From NCBI GenBank assembly GCA_040218735.1, contig JAVJQW010000017.1, forward strand, positions 96,001-160,000: a stretch of 64,000 nucleotides of DNA, written 5' to 3'. The notes under the pieces were generated by a model. That model was not told the origin of the DNA and searched no databases. It worked only from the letters and a program-made list of their open reading frames with translations. Position numbers and translations under genes: made by a program. Of the stretch, positions 9,901 through 18,936 are shown in pieces. Position 1 is the stretch's first letter; every line of letters starts with the position of its first letter. Source of the stretch: Deltaproteobacteria bacterium (lineage in GTDB: Bacteria > Myxococcota > Kuafuiibacteriia > Kuafuiibacteriales > Kuafuiibacteriaceae).

Positions 9901-9931
9901 CGGCCGATGATGCGACCGATCCGGCTCGACT

Positions 9932-10561
9932 TCAACGCGTGGCGATGACGTTGCGGAACCAGGACACCTCGGTTTGCGCCGTGATCTGCGCGATCTGGGT
10001 GTTCCCGTTGCCATCCGCGCACTCCTCGACCTGACGCTGCAGCTCGAGGCGCACCAACACCGTGTCCTGTACGTCGACCGGCACCACGCCGACGAGCGGC
10101 GCGGCCACGGAGACGTCGAGCCGACCGACCGCCGGCGCATCGAACACCCCGACGTTCTGGAGCACGAGCGGCACCGGCTCCTGATCGAGGCGAACCCGCA
10201 CGGACACGTAGCACCGCGTGGACCCGTCGCGCTTGGCGACGGTGCCGGTGAAGTTCGTTCGGATCATGAAGTAGCCGGAGCCCGGCGCCACCACGCGGAA
10301 GCTGTCGAACTGCTGAATGGCGGGCCCGTCCGCGAACGTCAGCGTCGCGACCGCCGGCTGCGTGAGCAGGATCGGCGTCCCGCCCTCGGGCCCCGGCTGT
10401 CCAGGCGCTCCGGCCGCGCCCTGCACCCCGGTCGCACCGGTCGGTCCCGTCGGCCCGGGCGCGCCCATCGGCCCCTGCGGCCCGGGCGACCCCGGAGACC
10501 CGTCCGGCCCGGAGCACGCCGCGAGGAGGAAGCAGGAGAGCAGGAGAAGATGCTTCGCCAC
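9932..10561 (-). CDS. Collagen-like lipoprotein
   Basis: Lipobox LAAC followed by about 14 Gly-X-Y triplets and a beta-rich C-terminal domain with two Cys. Confidence 0.85.
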   Translation of the reverse strand: MAKHLLLLSCFLLAACSGPDGSPGSPGPQGPMGAPGPTGPTGATGVQGAAGAPGQPGPEGGTPILLTQPAVATLTFADGPAIQQFDSFRVVAPGSGYFMIRTNFTGTVAKRDGSTRCYVSVRVRLDQEPVPLVLQNVGVFDAPAVGRLDVSVAAPLVGVVPVDVQDTVLVRLELQRQVEECADGNGNTQIAQITAQTEVSWFRNVIATR

Positions 10562-10568
10562 CGCCCCG

Positions 10569-10597
10569 AGAGTCACCGCGCTCCCGTACCGAGTCAA
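10569..10597 (-). promoter_or_regulatory. Sigma70-type promoter, probably leaderless transcript
   Basis: TTGACT-17nt-GACTCT-7nt-GTG(10561); no SD sequence. Confidence 0.55.
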
Positions 10598-10606
10598 CGC
10601 CATCAC

Positions 10607-10781
10607 CCGGTCGGGTCCCGGTCCCGGTCCCGGTCCCGGTCCGGGTCACGGTCCGGGTCACGGTCCCGGTCCGGGTCCGGGTCCGGGTCCCGGTCACGGT
10701 CACGGTCACGCTCACGGGATCGGTCACGGGCCCGGTCAGCTCACGGTCAGCTCACGGTCAGCTCACGGTCACGGTTCACGG
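10607..10781. repeat. Intergenic hexamer microsatellite plus three 11-bp repeats
   Basis: Runs of GGTCCC/GGTCCG/GGTCAC, then CGGTCAGCTCA x3 at 10733-10765. Confidence 0.9.
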
Positions 10782-10833
10782 CCGGAGCGCCCTTCCACGC
10801 CCGCCGTTTCGCGGTCCGCCCGACCTCAGGCCG

Positions 10834-11568
10834 TCACTTCGGCAGGAACCCCGCCGGGTTCACCGGCTTCGCGCCCTCGCGCAGCTCGAAGTACACGCGC
10901 GGCGAGGCCACGCCTCCGCTCGTCCCCACGACGCCGAGCACGTCCCCGAGCGCCACCTCCTGCGCGACCTCGACGCAGTTGGTCGCGTTGTGCGCGTAGA
11001 TCGTCGCGAGCCCGCCCTCGTGGGCGACGATCACGATGTTGCCGTAGCCGGGCTGCTCGCCCGCGAAGAGCACCTTGCCGGCGTTCGCCGCGCGGATCGG
11101 CGTCCCGGCGGGCGCCGCGATGTCGAGGCCTTCGTGCGGGAGGCCCTCGATCGTCCCGTACTTCGCGATGACCACGCCGCCCACCACCGGCCACGCGAAG
11201 CCCTTATCGGAGCGTTCGAGCGTCGGCATCGGCTTCGCGGTGCAGTCGAGCGTCGTCTCGACGACCGGGGCCTTCGGCGCGGGCCCCACGGCCGGCGGCG
11301 GCGGCGGGCCGGCCTCGGCGGCGGCGACCTTTCCGGGGATCAGAAGCTCCTGCCCGATCGACAGCTTGTCGGGACGCTCCAGCTCATTCAGCGCGACGAG
11401 CTCCTCGAGCGCCACGTCGTACTTCTTCGCGATGCCGTACGCGGTGTCACCGGACTCGACTCGGTGAATGCGATGCTCTTTCCGAAGGTCGAGCCGCGAT
11501 GCCGGCGGTCCCTGACGCCCCGCGCACGCCGCGGCGAACAACAGCAGCAGAACGAGCCCGATCCTCAT
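10834..11568 (-). CDS. LysM + M23 peptidase lipoprotein (NlpD-like)
   Basis: Lipobox AAAC, LysM (HRVESGDTAYGIAKKY), M23 motifs HEGLD and YAHN; the second HxH is altered to RVYFE; follows surE. Confidence 0.9.
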   Translation of the reverse strand: MRIGLVLLLLFAAACAGRQGPPASRLDLRKEHRIHRVESGDTAYGIAKKYDVALEELVALNELERPDKLSIGQELLIPGKVAAAEAGPPPPPAVGPAPKAPVVETTLDCTAKPMPTLERSDKGFAWPVVGGVVIAKYGTIEGLPHEGLDIAAPAGTPIRAANAGKVLFAGEQPGYGNIVIVAHEGGLATIYAHNATNCVEVAQEVALGDVLGVVGTSGGVASPRVYFELREGAKPVNPAGFLPK

Positions 11569-12374
11569 CGCACCGGCACCACGTCGATCTCGACCGGAGG
11601 CGCGACGCCGTCCGTGCGCGCGAAGCCATCGAGCTCGAGCGCACCCAGCGGCCCCGCGAGCGCGCGCGGGTTGGTCTGGTCCACGGACAGCGGCGTCACC
11701 GACACGAGGCCGTCCGCGATCGCGTTGCAGTCACTCCCGGGGAAGTCGTGCGGGTCGGCCGGCACGCCACCGATCCAGAAGTACGGCGCACCGCGCGGGT
11801 CCTCGCGACGCGCGACGGAGTGCCGAAAGAGCCGGTGCCCGAGGAACGTCATCTGGTAGCCGGTCGGCTCGCCGCCCGGGACGTTCACGTTGAGCGTCGT
11901 GTTGTTCGGGAGCCCCTCGTTCAACACTTTGGCCGCCAGCGTCGCGGCGAAGCGCGCCGCGATCGTGAAGCTGCCCCGGGCGACGTCGGTGAGAGACACC
12001 GCGATGGACGGGACGCCGAGGAGCGTCCCCTCGATCGCGGCGCCGACGGTGCCGGAGTAGTGCACGTCGAAGCTGAGGTTCGGTCCCGAGTTCACACCGG
12101 AGACGACGAGGTCCGGCGCGCGGTCGAGGAGCTCGTGCACACCGAGGTACACGCAGTCCGCGGGTGAGCCTTCGACGGACCACCGATCCTCGCTGTGCTC
12201 GTGGCAACGCAGGATGCGGTGCAGGCTGATCATGTGCGAGACGCCGGACTGGTTGCGGTCGGGGGCGATCGTCACGACGCGACCGAGCGGGCTCAGCGCG
12301 TCCGCAAGGTACGCAATCCCGGGTGCGTGGATACCGTCGTCGTTGGTGACGAGGATCAGTCGGTCGCCGCTCAT
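11565..12374 (-). CDS. surE: 5'/3'-nucleotidase SurE
   Basis: LVTNDDG, APDRNQSG, GSPADCV, SGVNSGPN, YSGTVGAA, VSVTPL. Confidence 0.96.
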   Translation of the reverse strand: MSGDRLILVTNDDGIHAPGIAYLADALSPLGRVVTIAPDRNQSGVSHMISLHRILRCHEHSEDRWSVEGSPADCVYLGVHELLDRAPDLVVSGVNSGPNLSFDVHYSGTVGAAIEGTLLGVPSIAVSLTDVARGSFTIAARFAATLAAKVLNEGLPNNTTLNVNVPGGEPTGYQMTFLGHRLFRHSVARREDPRGAPYFWIGGVPADPHDFPGSDCNAIADGLVSVTPLSVDQTNPRALAGPLGALELDGFARTDGVAPPVEIDVVPVR

Positions 12375-12417
12375 GATGTTCTCGAAACATCCCCCGCGGC
12401 GCGTGGCAACGGGAGTC

Positions 12418-13170
12418 CTACGATGCGAGGCGCGCGGACTCGGGGAGCGGCACGAAGTCCTCGCGCTCGAACGGAGGCGCCTCGAACGGCCAGGGGCCGG
12501 CCAGGTGGCAGAGCACGCGCTGCTGCACCGGAGCGGGCGGCGCGTTGATCGTGACCGCCTTCGCCTCGAGCTCCACCGGCTCGGCGAGGAGCCGGACGAG
12601 ATCCGGCGCGTAATAACGCGGGACGAACCCGATCCGCACCCCCTCGGCGCGCACCGCGACCGCGTTGGGATCGTCGGCGTTGGCAGCGTCGTGTTCGAGG
12701 GACAGCAACGTCCCCGGCGTGAGCGACGCCGCGAGCGACTGCGCATCGGCGGAGCGGTGCCGAAGGCCGTGCACGAAGAAGTCGATGTCGAAGAGACCGG
12801 TTTTGTCGTCGATCGGGAACGGGAACACTTCGAACGAATCGGTCGTCCGACGCCCGAGGCTGCGCGCGAGGATCGACAGCGGGTCCGCGTCGGCGCCTTC
12901 GAGATCGAGGCGCCGCAGGTACGCCGTGAACTCCTCGCGCGAGCGCGACATGATGCGGTTGTTGAACATCGGGAACAGCGTCGGCGCGCGATACACCCGA
13001 CTCGTGTCCGGGAAGCCGGGGAGCGGTCGCAGCCCGGCGCGCGCGTGGGCGTCCTCGTAGCCGCGCACGTAGAGGTACTCGAAGCCCCCTTCCCCGTGGC
13101 GAAGCCGCCCGATGGGGAACCATTGGCGGGATACGTGATCCTGCCAAGCGAGGAAGAGCGTCGTCACCAC
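12418..13170 (-). CDS. HipS/HipA-N-like domain plus HIRAN domain protein
   Basis: N-half LAWQD...IGRL...FEYLY...LFPMFNNRI; C-half HIRAN (FVHGLRH...LEHDAANADDPNAVAV...IGFVPR); start overlaps the kinase stop. Confidence 0.85.
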   Translation of the reverse strand: MVTTLFLAWQDHVSRQWFPIGRLRHGEGGFEYLYVRGYEDAHARAGLRPLPGFPDTSRVYRAPTLFPMFNNRIMSRSREEFTAYLRRLDLEGADADPLSILARSLGRRTTDSFEVFPFPIDDKTGLFDIDFFVHGLRHRSADAQSLAASLTPGTLLSLEHDAANADDPNAVAVRAEGVRIGFVPRYYAPDLVRLLAEPVELEAKAVTINAPPAPVQQRVLCHLAGPWPFEAPPFEREDFVPLPESARLAS

Positions 13171-14069
13171 GCCGCTACGATCTCGCCGATGCGCCGCTGG
13201 TTCACGAGCACCATCCTAACAGCGAGCTCGCGATGAACGGGCGAAATCCGTTCCTCGGGCAGTCTTTCGAATAGATCGCGGACGTCGGCCTCGGTGACGG
13301 TGGCCAACCGAGCCCACCACGCGCGGGCCGCTTCGGGGCGAGCCGAGACCGCCGCCATGAACGCCTCCAGCGTCGTCAGGGGCTTCGTCGCCGCCCGGGA
13401 CGCGTAGAACGCCGAGCGCGCCCTCTCGACGTAGGACTCCACGGTCACCCGCGGATCGCCCCCCTCCACCCGCAGGCGCGCGCGGCGCTCGGGCTCGTTT
13501 CGGCCGAGGGACGAAGCGTGGTCGTAGGTTGGCGCGAGCGCCGGCGCCGAGGAGCGCATGGTGACCGCCCAGTTCTCGTGGTGGCGATCCGTGTTGCCGA
13601 TCAGCGCGTCGAGCATCACGTACCCCACCATCTGATCGGGCGCGGTCCACGGCTCGATCGGGGGCGTGTCCACCACGGTCGGTCCCGCCTCGAAGTGCAC
13701 GAGCGCCTCCATCACCGCCGGCACCGTGTGCTGCCCCACGTGGTAGCGCTCCTCCTGCGGGTAGTCGTGGTACAGCCCCATCAACAGCTCGTTGCCGTGG
13801 AAGAGGTGCTCACCCGGCGCCAGGAAGGACGGCGACACGATCCCCCACGTGCCCTCCAGCTCCGCGAGCTCGACGTCGGCGGCCGGGATGCCGATGCGGT
13901 GCGCGAGCTCGGCCGCGATCTTCTCGGACCAGTCTTCGTTTGCGCGCCCTCGCTTGAATAGAATCTTCTCGTCGTTCTCGTCGAAGTACCAAAACTTGAA
14001 CTTCGTCCCGAGCGTCTCGTCTTCGCGGCGCGCGTGCGGCGGGACGATCACGACGTCGAACGGCTCCAC
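13164..14069 (-). CDS. HipA-like kinase lacking the N-subdomain
   Basis: LGTKFKFW, LFK, EDWSEKIAAELA, DALIGNTDRHHENW, LAPTYDHASSLG; start GTG 14069 (alternative ATG 14084). Confidence 0.88.
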   Translation of the reverse strand: MEPFDVVIVPPHARREDETLGTKFKFWYFDENDEKILFKRGRANEDWSEKIAAELAHRIGIPAADVELAELEGTWGIVSPSFLAPGEHLFHGNELLMGLYHDYPQEERYHVGQHTVPAVMEALVHFEAGPTVVDTPPIEPWTAPDQMVGYVMLDALIGNTDRHHENWAVTMRSSAPALAPTYDHASSLGRNEPERRARLRVEGGDPRVTVESYVERARSAFYASRAATKPLTTLEAFMAAVSARPEAARAWWARLATVTEADVRDLFERLPEERISPVHRELAVRMVLVNQRRIGEIVAAW

Positions 14070-14092
14070 GACGCCGTGAATCATAGAATGAT

Positions 14093-14881
14093 TCAGCGAG
14101 CGCGCCAGGGCCACAGCAACTCGCGGTGCCAGGGCTCCGGTTCGACGTCCTCGAGACCGTAGGCGTCGGGGCGTCGGTCGGAGATCTTCGCGGTGCCGAA
14201 CAGCACGTCCCACAGGAACAGGAAGTTGCCGTAGTTACCTTTGTAGTGCGTGACGCCGTCGCTCGCGTTGCGCCCGTGGTGCGCCGCGTGGGTCGTCGGC
14301 GTGGAGATCACCCGCTGGAGCAGCCACACCACCGGCTTCGCCCCCGGCACCCGCGCGAGGTGCTCGTCCCAGGCCACGGACGAGTGCGCGCCGATGATCA
14401 CCACCATCTTCACGATGTAGTAGACGTAGTAGACCGGCGCGAACCCGAGGTAGAGCAGCACGCCGGAGAACCACAGGCCCGGGAGCATCGCGTAGTACAG
14501 CAGGCTGTTCCGGAACACGACGCGCACACACAGGTACTGCGCGGAGTGGTGCGCACGGTGGAAACGGAACAGGAGCGGGTGGCTGTGCGCGAGGCGGTGC
14601 CACGTGTACTGCATCAGGTCGTCGGCCACGATCAGCGTGACGAACATGAGCCACGCCGGCCACGCGGCGAGCGCACCTTGGCTGCCCTGCGCGACCCACG
14701 CCGTCGCCACGGCGGTCGCGGTGAGGATCCCCGGGACGATCGCGATCGGGAGGAGCGCCGAGCCGAGCTCCACGAGGACGTCATCGCGGGTCGTCTCCTC
14801 GACGTAGAGCAGCCGCCCCGCCACCAGCTCGACGACGGCGAACCCCACGAAGATCAGCGTGACGACGAGTCGATAGTCCAC
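14093..14881 (-). CDS. Sterol desaturase / fatty acid hydroxylase family membrane protein
   Basis: His boxes WHRLAH, FHRAHH, GAHS, HAAHH, plus NYGNFLFLWDVLFGT; several TM helices. Confidence 0.92.
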   Translation of the reverse strand: MDYRLVVTLIFVGFAVVELVAGRLLYVEETTRDDVLVELGSALLPIAIVPGILTATAVATAWVAQGSQGALAAWPAWLMFVTLIVADDLMQYTWHRLAHSHPLLFRFHRAHHSAQYLCVRVVFRNSLLYYAMLPGLWFSGVLLYLGFAPVYYVYYIVKMVVIIGAHSSVAWDEHLARVPGAKPVVWLLQRVISTPTTHAAHHGRNASDGVTHYKGNYGNFLFLWDVLFGTAKISDRRPDAYGLEDVEPEPWHRELLWPWRAR

Positions 14882-14911
14882 GCGCCCGTTCAGGATAGGG
14901 GACCGGCCTCG

Positions 14912-14952
14912 AAAAGGAGAAGGCCCGCGACAGGAGCTGCCGCGGGCCTTCT
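14912..14952 (-). terminator. Intrinsic terminator downstream of tRNA-Pro
   Basis: AGAAGGCCCGCG...CGCGGGCCTTCT stem followed on the minus strand by CCTTTT. Confidence 0.75.
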
Positions 14953-14975
14953 TTGGACTCTCGGTCTATCGACGA

Positions 14976-15050
14976 TCGGGGCGAAAGGATTCGAACCTTC
15001 GACCCCTTGACCCCCAGTCAAGTGCGCTAACCAGACTGCGCTACGCCCCG
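14976..15050 (-). tRNA. tRNA-Pro(GGG)
   Basis: CGGGGCGTAGCGCAGTCTGGTTAGCGCA-CTTGA-CTGGGGG-TCAAG...GGTTCGAATCC...CGCCCCGA; CCA not encoded. Confidence 0.96.
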
Positions 15051-15067
15051 TCGATTCGAGAACCCGT

Positions 15068-15097
15068 CAGATAGCGAGACGCGCCGACGGGTGTCAA
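15068..15097 (-). promoter_or_regulatory. Sigma70-type promoter for tRNA-Pro
   Basis: TTGACA-18nt-TATCTG. Confidence 0.6.
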
Positions 15098-15112
15098 CCA
15101 TTTGGGGCTTTT

Positions 15113-17185
15113 CTAGACCAACACGGCGCCGGCGTTGAAGGCGGCGGCCTCGCCGAGGAGGGCGTCGTTCAGGGAGGCCCGCTCGTCGGAGACCATGGCG
15201 ACCAGCTCCAGGATCTGGGGGTGCGTCATGATCAGCTCGTCGAACTTCTTCTTCGACAGACGGAGCACAAAACAATCCGAGGTCGCGGTGACGCTGGCGA
15301 CGGTGGGCTGGTTCGTCAGGAGCGACATCTCACCGAACATGTCGCCCGGCCCGAGGCTCGCGAGCACGAGTTTGTCGCCACCGGGCTGCGACTTCGCGAC
15401 CTCCAGCGCGCCGTACAGGAGGATGAACAGCCCGGTGCCGCGCTTGCCCTCTTCGAGGAGGACGTCGCCGGCCACGAAGTTCTTGCTCTTGAAGCGCTCC
15501 ATCAGCGTCCGCCGCTCGTCCGGCGAGAACGGCGCGAACAGCGGGTGCGTCGCCATCGCCGTCGACAGCAGCCGCTGCCGGTAGAAGTTCCGCAGCACCG
15601 CCGCGACGCTCGGGTACGTGTTCACCACGTGGTCCAGGACGTCCTTGTTGATCTCGAAGATCTGCGCCTCTTCGTCGACCACCACCGACGCCGTCCGCGC
15701 CCCGTCCTGCAGCAGCGCCATCTCTCCGAAGAAAGCGCCGTCCGTGAGGATGGCGAGGTCGATCTCGTTGCCGTCCGGCCCGCGCCGCGTGACACGAACA
15801 CGGCCCGACGCCACGACGAAGAACGAGTCACCCGTCTCCCCCTCGCGGATCACGTACTCACCGGGCTCCATCTCGCGCATGTCCATCTGCACGAGCAGCT
15901 CGATGAACGCGTTCTTCGGAAGATCGGAGAACAGCGGGATCTGCGGGCGCCCGACGTCGCCGGTCGAGTCCTCGATGGGCGACGTCAGCTCGATGACCGG
16001 CGCGTCGGGCTCGACGTCCGCCTCGTCGATCGCGATGACTTCGGCCCTGGCCGGCGGCGCATCGACATCCTCGATCTCGATGACCCCGTCCCAAGTCCCC
16101 TCGGGCGCCGCGGGCGGCACCGTCGCGAGTGAAGGCTGCGTTGGCTCCAGGCCGATCGCGATCCCTTCACCGTCGTCCGCCTCGACATCGAGCGGCTCGT
16201 CGCCGTCGGACGGGGTGTCGTCCTCGGACAGCTGCGTGAGCAGCGAAGCGATCTCCGACGACGTGTCGGCGTCCACGTCGACCGCGGACTCGTCGCCGGT
16301 GTCCTCTACGATCTCGATCCCCTCGCGGAGGGTCTCGAGCGCCTCGGGGCTGACGGTGATGTCGAGCTCCGAGTCTTCGAGTCGCTCGCCCACGATCACC
16401 TTCGGCTCCTCGACGACCTCCCCGACCACGATCTCCAGATCGGAGTCTTCGGAGGCCGGCGGCGAGGTCGCGCCCGACGCAGGCCAAGCCGCGGCAGGCG
16501 GCGCCCCCGACGCGGGCCACGCGGCGGCGGCCGGCGCGCCCGTCTGGGGCCAGCCGGGTGCGTTCGTCGGCGGTGCTTCCGGCGACGACGTCGACGTCGG
16601 CCACGCGGGCTGCTGCCCGGAGGCGGCTTCGGGCGTCGACGACGACGAAGGCCAGGCCGGGGTGTCCGTTACAGCGTTCGACTGCGGCCACGCGGTGGGC
16701 GCGTCGGCCGGGGCGTCCGGCGCCTGGAGGCCTCCCCCGCCCGAGAGATCGATCATCCCGTAGTCCATCCCGGGCACGTTCCCGTGGGGCGGCGGCGAGA
16801 TGCCCATCCCCTCCAGCGTCACGGGCGGGCCCGCGGTGGCTGCGACCTGCGGTGCGGGTGTGCCGCGGCGCTTGGCGTACAGGTCCGCGAGCATCGCTTG
16901 AGTGCTGGTGTGGTCGGCGTCGACGCTGAGGATCATCTTACAGACGGCGATCGCCTTGAGGAGCAATCCATCCTCGGCGTACGCGCGCGCGACGGGTTCG
17001 TACTCCGTCACCGCGGCGTCGAAGTTGCCCATCTTCCGGTGGATGTCGCCGATCTTCAGCTGGCACTGGAGCTCGGACGGGTCTTCGAACACGACGCGCT
17101 CGTAGAGCTTGAGGGCGTCCTTCAGATCCCCTTCGGAGTAGGCGCGCGACGCCTTGTCTTTGAGCTTCCTCTGTTTGTCGCCCAT
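15113..17185 (-). CDS. TPR protein with two cyclic-nucleotide-binding domains
   Basis: N-terminal TPRs, long acidic linker with PAWP repeats, two cNMP domains (FFGEMALL...RTASV; FGEMSLL...TVASV). Confidence 0.9.
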   Translation of the reverse strand: MGDKQRKLKDKASRAYSEGDLKDALKLYERVVFEDPSELQCQLKIGDIHRKMGNFDAAVTEYEPVARAYAEDGLLLKAIAVCKMILSVDADHTSTQAMLADLYAKRRGTPAPQVAATAGPPVTLEGMGISPPPHGNVPGMDYGMIDLSGGGGLQAPDAPADAPTAWPQSNAVTDTPAWPSSSSTPEAASGQQPAWPTSTSSPEAPPTNAPGWPQTGAPAAAAWPASGAPPAAAWPASGATSPPASEDSDLEIVVGEVVEEPKVIVGERLEDSELDITVSPEALETLREGIEIVEDTGDESAVDVDADTSSEIASLLTQLSEDDTPSDGDEPLDVEADDGEGIAIGLEPTQPSLATVPPAAPEGTWDGVIEIEDVDAPPARAEVIAIDEADVEPDAPVIELTSPIEDSTGDVGRPQIPLFSDLPKNAFIELLVQMDMREMEPGEYVIREGETGDSFFVVASGRVRVTRRGPDGNEIDLAILTDGAFFGEMALLQDGARTASVVVDEEAQIFEINKDVLDHVVNTYPSVAAVLRNFYRQRLLSTAMATHPLFAPFSPDERRTLMERFKSKNFVAGDVLLEEGKRGTGLFILLYGALEVAKSQPGGDKLVLASLGPGDMFGEMSLLTNQPTVASVTATSDCFVLRLSKKKFDELIMTHPQILELVAMVSDERASLNDALLGEAAAFNAGAVLV

Positions 17186-17188
17186 GCC

Positions 17189-18847
17189 TCAGTCCTGGTT
17201 GCCGCGGGACGGCGTCGGCACCGTCCCCGCGATCGTGCGTGCGAGCTGGATCGCGAGGTCTTCGACGAGCGCCGCCGCCGCCGGTCGAGCCTCCTGGGGC
17301 CCGATCCGTTCGGCTTCGTCGCCATACCGCATCAGGCGGTCCTTCGCCCAGCGACCTTCCGGCGCAGCCGCGTCGGAGAGCGATGCGGTGACCTCGCGCG
17401 CCGCGTCGAGCTGCGCCTGCACGACGAGCGCGAGCGCGCGAATTCGACGGGTCGCCCACCCGGCGTCGCCGGCCTCCTCGATGGCGCTCTCGGTCGGCGC
17501 GCGTCCGTCCGCAGCCGCCACCGCGGCGCGTAGCAGCCCGCGGACGACCGGGAACAGCGCATCGTACGGCCCGTTGTCGAGGTCGCGGCGTGACTCCGCC
17601 ATCACCGAAGCGAGGTCGATGCGCTCCGTGCGCTCCTCTTGCTCCTCGTCGCCCTGCTCGAGCGCCGCCTTGCGGAGGATGCGCTCGTCGGGCGGGATCG
17701 CGACCGTCGCGACGGTCTGCGGCACGACGGCGGGCGTCAGGCCGAGCAACGCGTGGCGGCGGGCTGCGAGCGTGGCCGCGGCTTCGAGCTTCGTACGCCA
17801 GGCCTCCAGGGTGTCGTCGTCCAACGGCGCGTCGGTCGCGCCCCACCGCGCGACGGCGACGGCGGCGCGCGGCGCGGCCTCCTCTTCGACGCCCGCGTCC
17901 GGATCCACGCGCTCTTCGACGATCTCGAGGACGTCGTCCTCGTCGTCGCCGCTCGTGTCGAAGGCTTCGTCGAGGATGTCGGTTTTGTCATTGTCGAGGG
18001 CGGCGTCCGCCTCGTGCGGCTTCGGCGCCTCGTCCTCGAGCGGCGGGACGAGGACAAACGCGTCGTCCTCGAGCTCGGGCGCCTGGGCCCGCGCGAGCGC
18101 TTCGCGGGCGACCGCGATCTCGATGAACGTCGCGAGCGACAACGCTTTCGCGTCCGTGCCGAACAGCGCGAGGACACGATCCGATCGCCCGAGCACGATC
18201 GCCGTGACGGCGGTGCTCACGCGAGGCCCGAGCGTGGTCGGCGGGAGCACGGGGAGGATCGCGCGCGTCGCGGACAACAGGTTCGACGTCGCGGCGAGCC
18301 GCGCGAGGCAGCGCGGGCTGTACGCGACCTGCGAGAGCGCGCGGTTGCGCTCCGCGCGGCTGAGCGTTCGCTCGGCGAGCCCGGCGAGGAGCGACGGTGG
18401 GAGGCCTTTCTTGCTCCCCTTGAAGTCCGCGCTGACGGCCTCGAAATCACCGAGGATGGAGTCCGCCGTCGACGCGTCGATCCCGTGGTCGACGAGCACG
18501 TGATGGATCCCGCTCCGACGCAGCGGCTCGTGCCGCAGCCCGGTGTGCCCGGCCGGAACCATCCCGACCGCGACCTTGGCGACGATGAACGCACCCAAGC
18601 TCGCGTGCAGGCCGTAGCCGTCGACCGGCTCGTCGCCCCACACCGTGGAGAGGATCGAGGCGAAGCGATCGTCGTACTCTTCGATCACGGCTTCGGGATC
18701 GACGACGATCGAGTGCGCGGTCAGCGCGCGCGCGATCTCGCGCGCCTCGTCTTCGGCCGACGTCTCGGCCCCCGGCGCGCGACGCTCCAACGCGGACCAC
18801 GAGAACGGCGCGGGGACGCCGGGTGCGGGCTCGGTCTGGGTCTCCAT
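17189..18847 (-). CDS. Hypothetical helical protein
   Basis: 552-aa ORF, typical codon bias, stop 3 nt before the next gene; degenerate anti-sigma zinc-finger-like segment. Confidence 0.7.
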   Translation of the reverse strand: METQTEPAPGVPAPFSWSALERRAPGAETSAEDEAREIARALTAHSIVVDPEAVIEEYDDRFASILSTVWGDEPVDGYGLHASLGAFIVAKVAVGMVPAGHTGLRHEPLRRSGIHHVLVDHGIDASTADSILGDFEAVSADFKGSKKGLPPSLLAGLAERTLSRAERNRALSQVAYSPRCLARLAATSNLLSATRAILPVLPPTTLGPRVSTAVTAIVLGRSDRVLALFGTDAKALSLATFIEIAVAREALARAQAPELEDDAFVLVPPLEDEAPKPHEADAALDNDKTDILDEAFDTSGDDEDDVLEIVEERVDPDAGVEEEAAPRAAVAVARWGATDAPLDDDTLEAWRTKLEAAATLAARRHALLGLTPAVVPQTVATVAIPPDERILRKAALEQGDEEQEERTERIDLASVMAESRRDLDNGPYDALFPVVRGLLRAAVAAADGRAPTESAIEEAGDAGWATRRIRALALVVQAQLDAAREVTASLSDAAAPEGRWAKDRLMRYGDEAERIGPQEARPAAAALVEDLAIQLARTIAGTVPTPSRGNQD

Positions 18848-18936
18848 GGGGAGGAGGAGGTTAACAGGGGTTGGGTTGGCGCCCTACACCCCGGTCCGGG
18901 TCCCGGTTCCGGTCTGGGCTCCCGATTTGGGCCGAG

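Noticed and set aside
10607-10781. Repeat array as CRISPR or as the N-terminus of ORF 9861..10727
   Set aside because: Units are 6-11 bp with no unique spacers and no cas genes; the ORF reading through it is out of frame with the collagen-like gene and looks like a shadow frame.
12375-15050. tRNA-Pro-anchored integrative element carrying the HipA/HIRAN genes
   Set aside because: No integrase and no duplicated tRNA 3' end found near surE; accessory status remains an inference.
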